The notes beneath the pieces are model-generated. The model did not search any database. It saw only the letters and a program-made list of their open reading frames with translations, and was not told the DNA's origin. From a virus, in IMG/VR virus record IMGVR_UViG_3300040786_000062: 64,000 nucleotides of DNA; one strand, given 5' to 3'. Positions 35,300-47,341 of this stretch are shown piece after piece; the first letter of the stretch is position 1; the number at the start of each line of letters is the position of its first letter. The position numbers were made by a program, and so were the translations under genes.

Positions 35300-35757
35300 A
35301 TGTTTATAAGTAGAATTATTACTCTACTTATAAACATTTTTTTTATAATATATTGCTATATTGAAACAATACCACCACTACCTGTTCCACTATTAACATC
35401 TATGTCGAAAGTATAGGGATATGTACCAGGACCAAGTATTATTTGTGTTGATTGTGATGTACCTGCCGATGCTCTATTTGCATTTTAGTAACTCCATTTA
35501 TTGTTGTAAGAACTGTTACTGTTGCGGTTGATTGTGATACTGTTTCTGCAAAAGAGCATAAGATCCACCAGTAATTGTAAAAGTTCCACTCGTTGAATAT
35601 GACGCATCGGTTAGTGTTCTCGTTCGAAGACTACTAAATGTAATACTCAGAGGCTCTGATATATCAATATCATTAACTCTAAGTAATGCATTTGGTATTT
35701 CCATTTATACTTGAAACCTCTCCAATTAATTTCGTGAATATTCTACTTATTACTGAC
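35300..35757 (-). CDS. Ser/Thr/Gly-rich virion-type protein
   Basis: Manual translation; TAATATATAC upstream. Confidence 0.5.
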
Positions 35758-35789
35758 ATATAATTACTTTTTTTATGTATATATTATTG

Positions 35790-36470
35790 TTATTAAACCT
35801 GTTGAGGTGTTTTTATCAAAGTTTACATATCCAACGTTTACTGCGTTCACAATTAGTCCGCTTGTGGATTGAATATTTATGTTTCTTGAAAAATTAACAG
35901 TCTGTTTTAAAACACCACTATTATTTATATCAAATCCAGATTGTATCATAGTACCACCTGAGTATGTTTTATTTCGATATCAATATTACCTGACTGTTTA
36001 GCTCCGTACCAAACCGTTGCCATTCTGTGCTTATTGTAGATAACGAAGGATATAGATATTTTAGAAAAATTTATTAATACAGACTCAGAACCAGAAACTG
36101 TATTAGTATCATCACCTGCCCAGAAAACATATGATGTGCTTATTGAAGAACCTGATGGAACCTGAGATGTCTGTGCACCACCATATCCAACAAACTTATT
36201 GTCTAATGCTGCTACTCCTGTGTTTACTATACCTGTGAAAGTATCTAAATCAGCCCCTGCTCCACTACCCCATTTATATGTTACCACCATGAAGTCAAAT
36301 TGAATTAATGATGTATTATCTTCAATATACAGGTAGGGTTTTATTCTCTGCCATGCAGTAACTCTATCAGTTAAATCCACATTATTAAGTGATGACAACT
36401 GTGACCTAATCTTTCCGTTTATCATAGATAATCCCAATCTTGATACGGTTAATACTCTATTCGCTCTCAT
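35790..36470 (-). CDS. Virion-type protein downstream of the portal (DLDT...WAGDDT...GSESVLIN motif, possibly YfaP/DUF2135-like)
   Basis: ORF 35946..36470 plus a frameshifted tail. Confidence 0.5.
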
Positions 36471-36482
36471 TATTTAATTTAT

Positions 36483-38235
36483 TTAAAATTCAAACTCTCC
36501 ACCACCTTCTTGTGCTGCTGGTGGCTCAGGAGTCTCCGTGCTTGTGCACCTCCTTGTGCTTGTGCTCCTGCTTGTGCTCCTCAAGTTCAGGAGATTCTCC
36601 TGGCTCACCACCGAAGTCACCTCCACCTCCTCCGAAGTCATCACCGCCTCCACCACCGAATCCGCCGCCTCCACCGCCAGCACCTTCACCTGCCTCACCA
36701 CTAGCATCCTCAGCAGCAGAATTGGTATCCTTCAACCAATATCTTTCATTTTCTGCTTTTTCTTCTGGAATAATTTAAATACATTATCCATAATCCATTC
36801 AATATGAAAATAAGGCTTCTCACCATTCATAACTCCTAATAAAGTACCAACTATTGAAGACTTTTTTCTAAATTATTTATTTTCTTCCACTCTTCAAATA
36901 CTTGATTAGAAAGAAGGTAATATCGACCCCATTTATAAAACTCATCATCTTTTAATTCAGAATTCAATTAACATTTGTAATTTAATAGGCTTAACAATTA
37001 ACTCTTTAAAATTTGCTCTTAGTCTACTGATGAAGTTGTGAAACTTTATCTCATCTCTTGTCATTCTGCCGCATCAGTAACTAAGTTACCTCCACCGTTT
37101 TCTCCTTCAAATCTACTTATAGGAATTTTAGATGCTCTTTTAATGCTTTTATAAAACCAATCTAACATTGAGTCATCATTTAAGTTATGACCCTGTGGTG
37201 ACATAAGTTCCATATTAGGCGTACCACCGTCTCCCTAGGAAACCATATTTGTTTATTATATGCTAAGTGCTTAGTTCCATTTATAGACAATGTTCTAATG
37301 AATCATCCCATTCAACTTCTTCGGAATAATCATGAATCAATTGACCTATCTGTTCTTCGGCTCTTTGTCTAGACATACCCTTAATTGGTATGGTAAACTT
37401 TTGATATACCGTAGCATTGATAATATTAAACATTATTCTTGTTTGTTGAAGAATTTTTAATTGATTATATGGTTTTATCAATCCTTCAACATAAGATGTT
37501 TCTGAATATTCATTCTGAGTAGAATATGATACATAAACTATTTGTGAATCTAGAAATATTCTACGAAGCATTGGATCTTCAGGAATTGTATCCATAAATG
37601 TCCAATATTTTGCTCATATGCAGGAACTAATGTCTCAGGTCGTAATCTATTGAAACCTATAATATTTTTCTTCTTATCATCATATATAATCTCGTTTGCT
37701 ACATAACCATCAACTAGAAAGTCTTTCATCATGTTCCAAGTGGTTATACTGTCAGAAAATCCATACTTATTATATACTTTTCGAAATACTCTTGAAATTT
37801 ATCATGTACTTCTTGTATTTATTAGGCAATGCTTTTGGTGTACAAAAATCACTATCATCATTATAAACAATACACTCATCTGCAATAGTTGATACGAAAT
37901 CTCTTATCTCATCTTTAATAGAGTATTCTCTTAATATTCTACGTTTGTCACCATATGCTTTATCCAAATATGGAATAGATTTTCTGTTTAAAATCGATGC
38001 AACAGCGCGCTGCGAAAGAAGTCGTACATCGAATTACCCTTAGCAGCATAGGGATCCTCGTTTATACCAATACCCACTTGATTTCTAACTATCATATCAT
38101 CATAATTCATACCATATGATGATAAACTCTTAATATTCTACTGAATAATCCTTTATTCTCTACTGCCGAATTTGTATAAGAGAAATTTGAACTATTTTCG
38201 CTATTCTCAGAGTTATAATTATTATATGATGCCAT
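36483..38235 (-). CDS. Portal protein (T4 gp20-like) with Gly/Glu-rich C-terminal tail
   Basis: DEIRDFVSTIADECIVY, FLVDGYVANEII, SYVEGLIKPYNQLKIL...RIMFNI, QIGQLIHDY, WFP...GGTPNME, LKRASKIP.SRF, RDEIKF..FISRLRANFK; located in the head module. Confidence 0.92.
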
Positions 38236-38245
38236 GTTTTAGTTT

Positions 38246-38380
38246 TTATTATTTTTTCTTCTACAATATAAATGTACCTACCTGTAGGTGTCAATTCTAC
38301 TTTTATAGAACCATTTTTCACCCAATTAGAAAGAGTTCTCTTGTTATATTATACTTAGACATTACTTCTTTTGCTTTCAT
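38246..38380 (-). CDS. Small MerR/IS607-type helix-turn-helix protein
   Basis: MKAKEVMSKYNITRRTLSNWVKNGSIKVELTPTGRYIY (one indel repaired). Confidence 0.7.
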
Positions 38381-38837
38381 GTGAATATATATTAAAACGT
38401 TTCCTCTTTTCTATATTTTAAACAAATCATATATTTGTATATATAAATTATATGAAACTATTTAGTATGCAATTATCAGAAGTAAATCAAAGTATAAAGA
38501 AAATCTATATAATTTTCTTGATGGAAAATTTGACGAAGAATTAGGAGATTCTATTAGGATTGCTATCGAAACATCATTTCTTCTTAATCACATGGAGATT
38601 AAAGATGCTGACTTGAAAAATAAGTTCGCAAACAGACATAATCCATTCAATTCAAAAGATATAGTATTTAGTTATAGTAATATAAATATAACTCAACGTA
38701 TTTCCACTGACGAGTATAGCAGTGAGGAGTCAATTTTTCAGCATTTAGAAATGATGTTTCATTTATATCTTGTTTAGACTCCTTTCTAATCCAATATAAA
38801 AGAGATAGATTAATAAATGATATATTAGAATAAAATA

Positions 38838-39526
38838 CTATCCCTTTCCATATTTATTAACACTCTTCTGAAGTCTTTTTATATGACCTCTCATAACATT
38901 ATATTTATCAGATATTTCATTATCAATATCATAGAACTCATTTAAAGTAGATAACATAACTTCTTTATGTCTTTGTGCTCTTTTATCAAGTTTTGCATTC
39001 CATATTTGATTTAACTTATTTGGATCATATGTATTGATAGGATGTTGTGAGTATAAAAATCTTGAAAGAAGTTCAAGATGTATTCTGTGTGCAGATGCTA
39101 TTTGTATTGCATTAAATTCCATCAAAGCATACTCAAATCCTAACTTCATAAGTTCAGCATACATTCCCTGATAATCTACTTTTATAAAGTTATTTTTTCA
39201 AAGTCATCTTTACTAATAAACTTATCAAACAGCATAACTCTTATCTCTATCGGTACAAAATTAAAATTAACTGCAAGTATTATCTTATCCTCAAATTTCT
39301 TAAAATCCACCATAAAACAGGTGCATATTTTAACCAATTTGAATCATCCTTATAATGTAGAAAGTAGAACCCACCAGGGTAAATATCTTTAGTATTTATA
39401 GACTCTACATCTTTTGCAGACTTTTATACTTATCATAGAAGAACAAAGAATTATTTTAAAATTATCTGGTATACCGTTACCATTATAAAGTAAACTTAAC
39501 TTAACTCTTTCCATTAATTCAGCCAT
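38838..39526 (-). CDS. DNA end protector (T4 gp2-like)
   Basis: PGGFYFLHYKD...KYAPVFMV...ILAVNFNFVPIEIRVMLFDKF parallels the gp2 PG.hY.F.Y...FPL...GLNLHYhP..R pattern; adjacent to a gp4-like gene. Confidence 0.7.
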
Positions 39527-39571
39527 TTGACATTGTTTTATTTATATATATAAAAAAAGTAATAAATTAAT

Positions 39572-40091
39572 ATGTTAAATTCTAAACCAAATAATAAAAA
39601 ATATCACCAAGGAAATTATATACCTAATAATAAAGATAAAGTGTTAAAATTAAACTCAGAAGGTGGTGTTTTATAGAAGTAGTTGAGATATAAGATAATG
39701 GTATGGATGGATAGTAAGGATGAGGTTGTTCTATGGGGTGCAGAATGTCTTGAGATACCATATCAATTAACTCACTTTGAAAATGGTGATATTAGAGTAA
39801 AATCACATAGATATTATCCAGATTTCTTCTATAGAATGAGAATGTCAGATGGTTCATTAAAAGATGTTGTTATGGAAGTTAAACCACAAAAGAATATGAA
39901 ATGGTTCTGAAACTAAATGAGGGTAGAATGGAAGTTCCCGCAAATGGTCTAAAGAAATTGAGAGGATTTGAGTATGATTTAAAGATGGCACATAAAACTC
40001 TCAAAAGTGGCAAACTATGATAGAATGGTGTAATAAAAGGATATGAATTTATAATTGTGACTGAGTTAAGTCTTAAAAAATTCAGTGTTTA
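39572..40091 (+). CDS. Head completion nuclease (T4 gp4 / TnsA-N-like)
   Basis: YHQGNYIPNNKDK...YRSSLE.KIM.W.D....V..WGAE...IPY...HRYYPDFF...MEVKP...KW......C...G.EF...TE. Confidence 0.88.
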
Positions 40092-40290
40092 AAATTATTT
40101 TAGGACTAAAATTAGTCCTAAAATAATATTATTTATTTTGATATCAAATAGATTATCTATCTTTCTTTTCTTATTATATTAATATTTTCTTTATCAATAT
40201 AGCCGATAAAGGAGCCGTATAATCTAGCAGATAAATATGATGGATTAGAAACTATATCATATGATACCAACTCTGTTATTTGCACTTTCA

Positions 40291-40664
40291 TTATATAGAG
40301 TGTAGTCCATTTCCATCATTTGCGCTATTAATAGAAATAAGTTTTATTTGATGTTCATTATCACCTTTCTTCTTATAAAGATCGTTCCATCCCTTTGCGA
40401 GTCCTCTCTTGAAAATCTCAGTGAAGTATGCAAATGCGTTTATTGACTTATCCTCATTGAAGTTGTACCAGTTTTGGAACATATCAAGAAGTCCAGATTG
40501 ATAACAATCAAGTTTATCATCGTTACTCAATACCTCATTTTTTTTGATTGTCTTCTTTGCTAAAAGTTCTAGCATTTTTCAGCGTTTCTGGTTAGTTTAC
40601 CTTGTGCTTTGCTAACAATAACTTCTATGTATAACTCTTTGTTACTTAGATATTGCTTTTCCAT
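40291..40664 (-). CDS. Late-transcription sigma factor (T4 gp55-like)
   Basis: YLSNKELY..VIVSK...MLELLA...Y...DDKLDCYQSGLLDM...YNFNEDKSINAFAYFTEI. Confidence 0.85.
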
Positions 40665-40744
40665 TTATTTACATTTATTTTTAAATAAGTTATATTAACC
40701 TATTTTGCCTCATTCATGTTATAGGAATACTTCTGCTAAAAGTT

Positions 40745-41037
40745 TAATTAAATGGAATTTTGTGTAATGAATATAATTTTTCTACCATATTTCTATCCTC
40801 TGCTGACATAGAGCCTGTTCTACTACTTCTATCTCTAATATCTTTGATTTTTTTATGAAATCATTTAGAAAGTCTAAATGTACCGGCTCGTCATCATCCC
40901 ATCGATTAGATGGATTCCTAAGTTACTGATGCTAACCTCTGAGTATGTCGGATAAATATTTGTATAGTTTGGCGGTCTTCCGTCTCCATATCCACTTCCT
41001 TGGAAAATGATTCTTCAAATTTTTTAATATGTTTCAT
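40745..41037 (-). CDS. Hypothetical protein with capsid-targeting-like N-terminus (MKHIKKFEES)
   Basis: Manual translation; TAATATATA lies 7 nt upstream. Confidence 0.55.
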
Positions 41038-41051
41038 AGTTTATATATTAA

Positions 41052-41082
41052 AAAAATCCTCAAATAAAATTTGAGGATTTTT
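41052..41082 (-). terminator. Intrinsic terminator
   Basis: aaaaatcctcaaat-aaa-atttgaggattttt. Confidence 0.8.
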
Positions 41083-41103
41083 GTTATTTAAGTAACTAGT
41101 AAT

Positions 41104-42374
41104 TATGCTTTAGTTCTTTCTTTTGTTGAACTTCTTTAACTGCTCTAAGTTCATTAGAAGGTTACCTTTTCTTTTTCAAGATTAGAAAGTGCAGTTGTAA
41201 GAATTTCTGATTCACCAATCATTTTATAGAACCGTTAACTTTTCAATATTGAAGTTAATATCTTCAAGTTTCATAGTGATTTCTCTTTCTTTATCTTCAA
41301 GTTTTCTTTTAACTATTAATTCTTTATCTAATTTATTTTCATAAAAGTAAGTTAAGTCATAGTTAAGTTCGTTTCTAACTTCATTCACAAGTTCAAGAGC
41401 ACTTTCGTATTTGAAGAATGAATTACCATATCTTTCATCAACTCTATAAACAAAAGTTGTGTTTTTATAATTAAATGCGAACAATTCTAAATATGGGTTA
41501 ACTAAATTATTAACTCTCTTAACAACATCTAATTCAACAAATTTATCTAAATTCTTAGAAGTTTCTAAAGAACAGGATAAAAGTTTTTGTTTACAATAGG
41601 AACAATAGGAGATGAGAAAAGACTTTCTAATGTAGTTTCTGCATTAAGTTCATCATCATTTATGAAAATTCCAGTTTTTTACCAACACTTAATCCAATTG
41701 TCATATATTCTGAAATTCTGAAATTAATTCTATTCTCAGTTATTGATGAAAACTTCATAGCAGTTTCAATGTTCTTAAACTTCTTAATTGTGCTTCATCT
41801 TTAACATGTGTTTCTAATAAAGTTTTCTCGATATTATTCTCTGTTAACAAGAACCAAGAATCACTAACTAATGCTACGTGTCCTTCTTCAACTTGTTCAA
41901 CAATTGTGAAAATAGATTCAGAATTACCACCGCTTAATAGATTTGTTCTTTTTCTGGTGATGAAGTTAAATTATGTACAAACAATTTAATTTCAGGAACC
42001 CAGTCATATATCACTAATTCGTTAAGAATTTTAGACATTCTATCTTGATCACTTTCTAAATTTATTGTTTGTAATAAAACATTTATAGGCTGTCTGTAAA
42101 GTTCACCTTGATTTTTTGTATTTAAGACTCCGTACAAATTTTTCAATTCATACAACAACTCATAATTCGCCATATCATCGTTAAGACCTTCTAATAGACT
42201 CTTAACACCTTTATCGTAGGTATAAGGCTTCAAACGTTCGTTAAGAGAGTTAATTATAGTTTTTTCTGAGTACTGATTACATTCGCTCATATGTCCTTCT
42301 ACAATAACTAAAATCTCTTCTTGATCAAGAGAAGTTCTTTTGAAGTTAAACAACTCAAGTTTAAGATTCTTCAT
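41104..42374 (-). CDS. Coiled-coil-rich putative head/core protein
   Basis: ORFs 41934..42374 and 41224..41484 join across indels; many (L/I)-x-E sites; late-type element upstream. Confidence 0.55.
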
Positions 42375-42441
42375 ATTTATATTTATTATTTTTTTATATA
42401 ACGTATATATTAAAGGAAAAAAGCCACTTTTATCACTTTTA

Positions 42442-43355
42442 TTAAATATTATTATTCCTGTTATTCGCTCTCGCTTTTAGTATATTATTAAACCACTTTG
42501 ATCTCTTAGGCTCAACAAAATAACCATCTCCTTTTGATCCACCTAATGGATCTGAATTCGTAGTAGATGCTTGTGTGTTATAGAAACTTGATGTACCACC
42601 ATATTCACCAGGTTGATGAAAATAGTCAGAATAACCACCCTCTACCGAATATCCATTTAAATCAGACATACCTGTTCCATAATCTTTTGTATAACCTGGT
42701 TGGTTTACTCTATCTCTTCTAAATGCTGGATAATATGTTTGTACCTCAAAATTAACTTTCAATTTAATCATATTATCGCTAGTCAGGTTCTTTTCTCTAA
42801 CCAAGTCAATTCCATTTGTATCAGGCATTAAAATAACAGCATCAATGCTCATAAAATTATGCTCAAAATACATAAATTTATATAACCACATAGTATCCAT
42901 TATGGCTTGACTACATTTAAATATATCTAACTCACTTGATAGTAAAATATCTAAGTCATAGTTAACGGTTACCGGAACTGCTCTAACTTTACCTAAAAGT
43001 TTTCTAATTTCAACTTCGTTTTCAACAACAGTCCTCAACCAAACATTTGGATTTGCAAATTCATCACTTCTTATATTAAAACCAGTCATAGTCAAATGTC
43101 CTCTTGGTATCATATCAGTATTCAACTCAACATATCTACCGTTACCACTTGCGTCCCCAGATACAATATCATCAACGAAAGAGTCTAATAGAAATCTTTC
43201 ATCACCAGTCATCGAATAATAAAAGGAACCTCTACATTCACATCTCCTGAACTAAATCTGTTAATCCACTTAATCTGACCCTCTAAAGTATCTAAAATAC
43301 AAATTGTTAAATCTCGGAAGAACACATCTTCCATATTAAATCTATCTCCTATCAT
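42442..43355 (-). CDS. Tail terminator / sheath stabiliser (T4 gp15-like)
   Basis: MIGDRFNMEDVFFRDLTICILDTL...VEVPFYY...IPRGHL...VPVTVNYDL.I...DIFKCSQ.I...LTF.V.T.YP resembles the gp15 fold family. Confidence 0.65.
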
Positions 43356-43457
43356 ATATGTATATATAAAAATATTCTACCCTATAAAATGCAAAACTTT
43401 TGTTGTTATTTAACATATAAATTGAAATTAAATATTCAAAACTAAAATCTAAAATAT

Positions 43458-44420
43458 ATGTCAGTAAACAATTTATTACTATGGGAAAAATATCGTCCTC
43501 GAAAATTTGAGGATATTATTTTACCTAAAAGAATAAGTGAAAGATTTGAAAAGGAATTTCACAACACTATATACTATACGGACACCACGGTACTGGTAAG
43601 ACTAGTTTAACCAGGATACTTATAGGTAAATACTCTAAATTAACACCTTATTTAGAACTCAATTGTTCATTAGATACATCTATAGATGTTCTTAGAAAAG
43701 AAATAGATGACTTTTGTAAGTTCACCCGATGATGGACACTGACTCTGATATAAAGTATGTTTTTCTTGATGAATTTGATAGAGTTAGTAAATCTTTCCAA
43801 GATGCGTTCAAGGCATTTATTGAAAAGTATAATAATAAGGTTAGATTTATCATAGGAACAAACCATATAAATAAAATAAGCGATGAACTAAAGTCAAGAG
43901 TTAAGTCGGTTGGTTTTGATTGTCAGAATATAGAAGAAGAGAAATATTTAAAACAAGCAATATACAAAAGAGTTACAGATGTTATCTTACCTTCGGAAGG
44001 TAGAGAAATACCAAGAAAGATTTAATTGATATAATAAATAAAAAGTTTCCAGATTTTCGTGCAATAATTGTAGAAGTTCAAGACTATTTAGAAACAGGAA
44101 ATATTAGTAATGGCTCAAGTAACGTATCTCTAAGATAAGTTAGACTTATATAATGTTTTATATGATACTGAAATAAGTTTTGAGAAAGTATATCATTTTT
44201 AATGTCTAGTTTTGGCGCAGAAAAATTGATGTTATGATTAAATTATTGGGAATACCTTTTAGAGTGGTCTATGAAAGAGAATAAAAATATTGATAAACTA
44301 TTTGAGACAAGTTATGTAATTGCTGACTATACACAAAAGTTAGAACAGCAACAGATCCAATAATACTAGGAATGACCATTATTGGAAAGTTTAGAGATAT
44401 ATTAAAAAATCAAGTTTAAC
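43458..44420 (+). CDS. Clamp-loader AAA+ subunit (T4 gp44 / RFC small-like)
   Basis: LWEKYRP, YGHHGTGKTS (Walker A), LELNCS, VFLDEFD (Walker B), RFIIGTN, LKSR, FPDFR. Confidence 0.92.
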
Positions 44421-44838
44421 TTTATTTTAATATCTATTAGTATCTTATTTTATTGTAGTTTCTGTACTAATTTTATCTTTATTAGATTATTTACCGGAAA
44501 TTTTATATAACTTTGTTTATGAGAACTTGTAATTTTACTTTATCAATTTCGACTAAGTGGTTAATCTTAATCCTATAATATTATATTTACTATTCAGAAT
44601 AGTTAGAAATGGTATAAAATCATCGTTTATTTGACTCCACTTATACCAACTAAAAAAGACTTTTTTGTACAAATTTATTTTAAAGCGTGTCTCATATATC
44701 CATTGTTATCATAGAATATTCTGATATTTCGAAATCAAAACCAGTATCAATTAGATAGGCTAAGTTATTATCACAAAATTCTTGTAGTTCTTTTTGAATA
44801 GGATGAACATTGGATTCAAAATATTTTAAGTATCTCAT
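44420..44838 (-). CDS. Hypothetical protein, NLAYLIDxG family, with capsid-targeting-like N-terminus (MRYLKYFES)
   Basis: In-frame start MRYLKYFESNVHPIQKELQEFCDNNLAYLIDTGFDF. Confidence 0.6.
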
Positions 44839-44873
44839 AGATGTATATATAAAAATTAATATATAATATCATG
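44836..44873. promoter_or_regulatory. 32-bp bidirectional late-type promoter cassette, copy 1
   Basis: CAT-agatgtatatataaaaattaatatataatatc-ATG between divergent starts. Confidence 0.6.
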
Positions 44874-45583
44874 GATAAACTAAATAAACTATATAAATAT
44901 TTAAAAAAAAAAAGGATAAAAAATTCTTTTCTTAACCACTTCTAATAGATGGGAAGGTGATAAAGAACTGAGATCTTCTATGATAGCAGATGAGATTATT
45001 AAAAATTAGGATATGATAATATCCAATTAATAAATGTTTCTAAACTAAAATATTTCCTTGTGAAGGAAATGTTTCAACTAAAAGGGAAACACATGTGGAT
45101 TAAAATCAGCTAAATTAGATGATAAAGAAAAAATCCAACAGGTCATATTAGATGCTGGGCATCACTTAATAATAAGTCTGATGAAATGTATAAAGTTGCT
45201 AATCTTATTTTAGAATCTGATATAATAATATTTTCGGATCTATACGATGGGGTAAAATGAACGCTATCTATGCTGAACTTATTGAGAGATTGACTTGGTT
45301 AGAGAACCGACATGCTACTTTAGGTGAGTCGAATCTACTTAAAGATAAAGAGGTTGGTGTTATCGCAATCGGACATAACTGGAACGGAGCAGAAGCAATT
45401 AAGATAGAAAAGAAGTTTTAGGTTTTCGGATTTAAAACACCTGATGTTCTTTCGTTTAATTGGCAATGGACAACTGATGTGAATGATGAGGCAAAAAGGA
45501 TATGAAGACTTTGGTGATTTCTAATAGACTTTAATTTCGTAGAAACACTAAAAGAATCATTATTAAATTTAAAGAATGGATAA
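44871..45583 (+). CDS. NAD(P)H-dependent FMN reductase / flavodoxin-like protein
   Basis: ILFLTTSNR, IFPCEGNVS...CG...RCWAS...DEM......ESDIIIF.GSIRWG...AEL.IERL, GVIAIGHNWNG. Confidence 0.8.
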
Positions 45584-45616
45584 AAAAATAGAACTCTTAT
45601 TAAGAGTTCTATTTTT
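45584..45616. terminator. Bidirectional terminator
   Basis: aaaaatagaactctta-t-taagagttctattttt. Confidence 0.8.
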
Positions 45617-45624
45617 AATATTAA

Positions 45625-46566
45625 GTATTTTATAATTTTATTATAAAATGCAATATCTACCAAGTAATAGTCTTTACATTTAAATGTTATTTCTTGATTC
45701 GCTATATCTTCTAGACCACCTTCTTGATATCTAGATACAATACTCTTTATTTCATCTTCACCATCTTCTTTAATATTATAAATATAGTCATCTAATTCAA
45801 TACCAGGTTTCCAGTAAAGAGTTTTTTTATATTAGCACTTGACATATTCTTTAATTCATCATTATCTAATTTTGCTTCTTCGCTAATATGTGATATCACT
45901 ACCATAACAAACACCATCGTAACACCACTCACCTTCTTTACTTTCACCGAATATCCTTTCCCAATTATAACTCAAATCATCATAATTTCTATAATACCAA
46001 TCTTTTCCCTCTACATGAGAATACAAATCATCTATGTCATAACTCAATGGTATTTATATTTTCCTTTAGGAAGAATATATAGGGTTTACCGTAATCACTA
46101 GCAACGTTTACACTCTTTGATGTAAACACACCAACCACTCTTAACTTTATTCCAAACTTTTCTAAAAGTAATCATTAAATATATCGGAGATGTCAGTACT
46201 TGTGTCTTTGGGTATCCTATCGGTATTAGAAGATTTTTGCCAAATTCCATTATCCATCATCCGCAGCACTACTACCTCTGAACAATAATTCAATATCTTT
46301 GAAAGAACTTATTTCTGATAAAAATCACTACAATCTCTCTCTAAAATTTCAATTATATTTTCAAAATCAACATCAACTCCATTGTCATTATCCCTTATCT
46401 TTGTATAGAAATCTACATTCTCTGAAAATGAAACAGATCGACCGTTTACTCTATTGGACCAAAAGTATCATCACTTGACCATTTTTAATTGGTGCTTGTA
46501 TAAACGATAAAGCCTCATTCGTAATTTCTTTTGAATTATAACTTTTGAATTTTTTAAATATCTCAT
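45625..46566 (-). CDS. Hypothetical protein with capsid-targeting-like N-terminus (MRYLKKFKSY...TNE)
   Basis: Manual translation across indels. Confidence 0.5.
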
Positions 46567-46601
46567 AGATGTATATATAAATTTTAATATATACATCTAT
46601 G
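46564..46601. promoter_or_regulatory. 32-bp bidirectional late-type promoter cassette, copy 2 (perfect 15-bp inverted arms)
   Basis: catagatgtatatat-aaatttta-atatatacatctatg; the arms include both start codons. Confidence 0.7.
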
Positions 46602-46952
46602 ACAAATTTAATTTATAGACTTCTATATTGGTTATCCTGGACATCTATGTATAGAACACAGAATTAATAGAAGATGATTTAGTAAGAGTTGTACAAAAGT
46701 ATGAGATGATTATATTTACTAATAAAGGAGAGATACTTAATGAACCTAATTTTGGGGAGATTTTACTTCTACATGAAACAAGATTGTCAGCAACATCTAT
46801 AGAAGGAGACCTGAGAGCACAGATTGCTGATTATATTCCAGAAATTGATGGGTAGGATATGAGTTGAGTGTTGAGTTTTTTGATGATTTAACAAGACATA
46901 TCGAATATATGGTAATAAGTTTTACTATACAGGGCTATGATGTATATGCAAC
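46599..46952 (+). CDS. Baseplate wedge subunit (gp25/GPW-like)
   Basis: ELIEDD...QK.EMIIFTNKGE...EPNFG..L...L.E.......I...I..YIPE. Confidence 0.75.
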
Positions 46953-46958
46953 AATATC

Positions 46959-47333
46959 TTAAATTTTTATCCAATTATAATCAGGATATCTTTCTATTAT
47001 CTTATCCCAGAAACCACCACTAACATCTTGGTCTATTTCAATAGACCAATCCTTTTCTATATTTTTTAATATAACGTCTATTATCTTTTTAGAAAATCCT
47101 CTTTCTCCGGTTGAATTAACTATAGATTTTATAGTAATAGACTTCTTACCAAACTTTAACATAAGAGCATTTATTGGCTTTATTGAGTCTATTCTAACAA
47201 TAGGTCTACCTAGTTTATCAACTATTGAAGATGCGATAAGTGTATTGTTATTAATTTTAATATATTTAAATATACCGGATAAATCATTAGTAATACTATC
47301 GATTGTGCTATGTGTATCAAAGTCTTTAATCAT
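46959..47333 (-). CDS. GNAT-like protein (tentative)
   Basis: ITIKSIVNSTGERGFSKKIIDVI...SGGFWDKI resembles the GNAT acetyl-CoA loop and A..FW..h motif. Confidence 0.5.
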   Translation of the reverse strand: MIKDFDTHSTIDSITNDLSGIFKYIKINNNTLIASSIVDKLGRPIVRIDSIKPINALMLKFGKKSITIKSIVNSTGERGFSKKIIDVILKNIEKDWSIEIDQDVSGGFWDKIIERYPDYNWIKI

Positions 47334-47341
47334 AAGTTATT

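Noticed and set aside
36483-36740. GC-rich island and overlapping Pro-rich or Cys-rich ORFs on the + strand
   Set aside because: These are shadows of the Gly/Ala/Glu-rich C-terminal tail of the portal on the - strand, not foreign DNA or separate genes.
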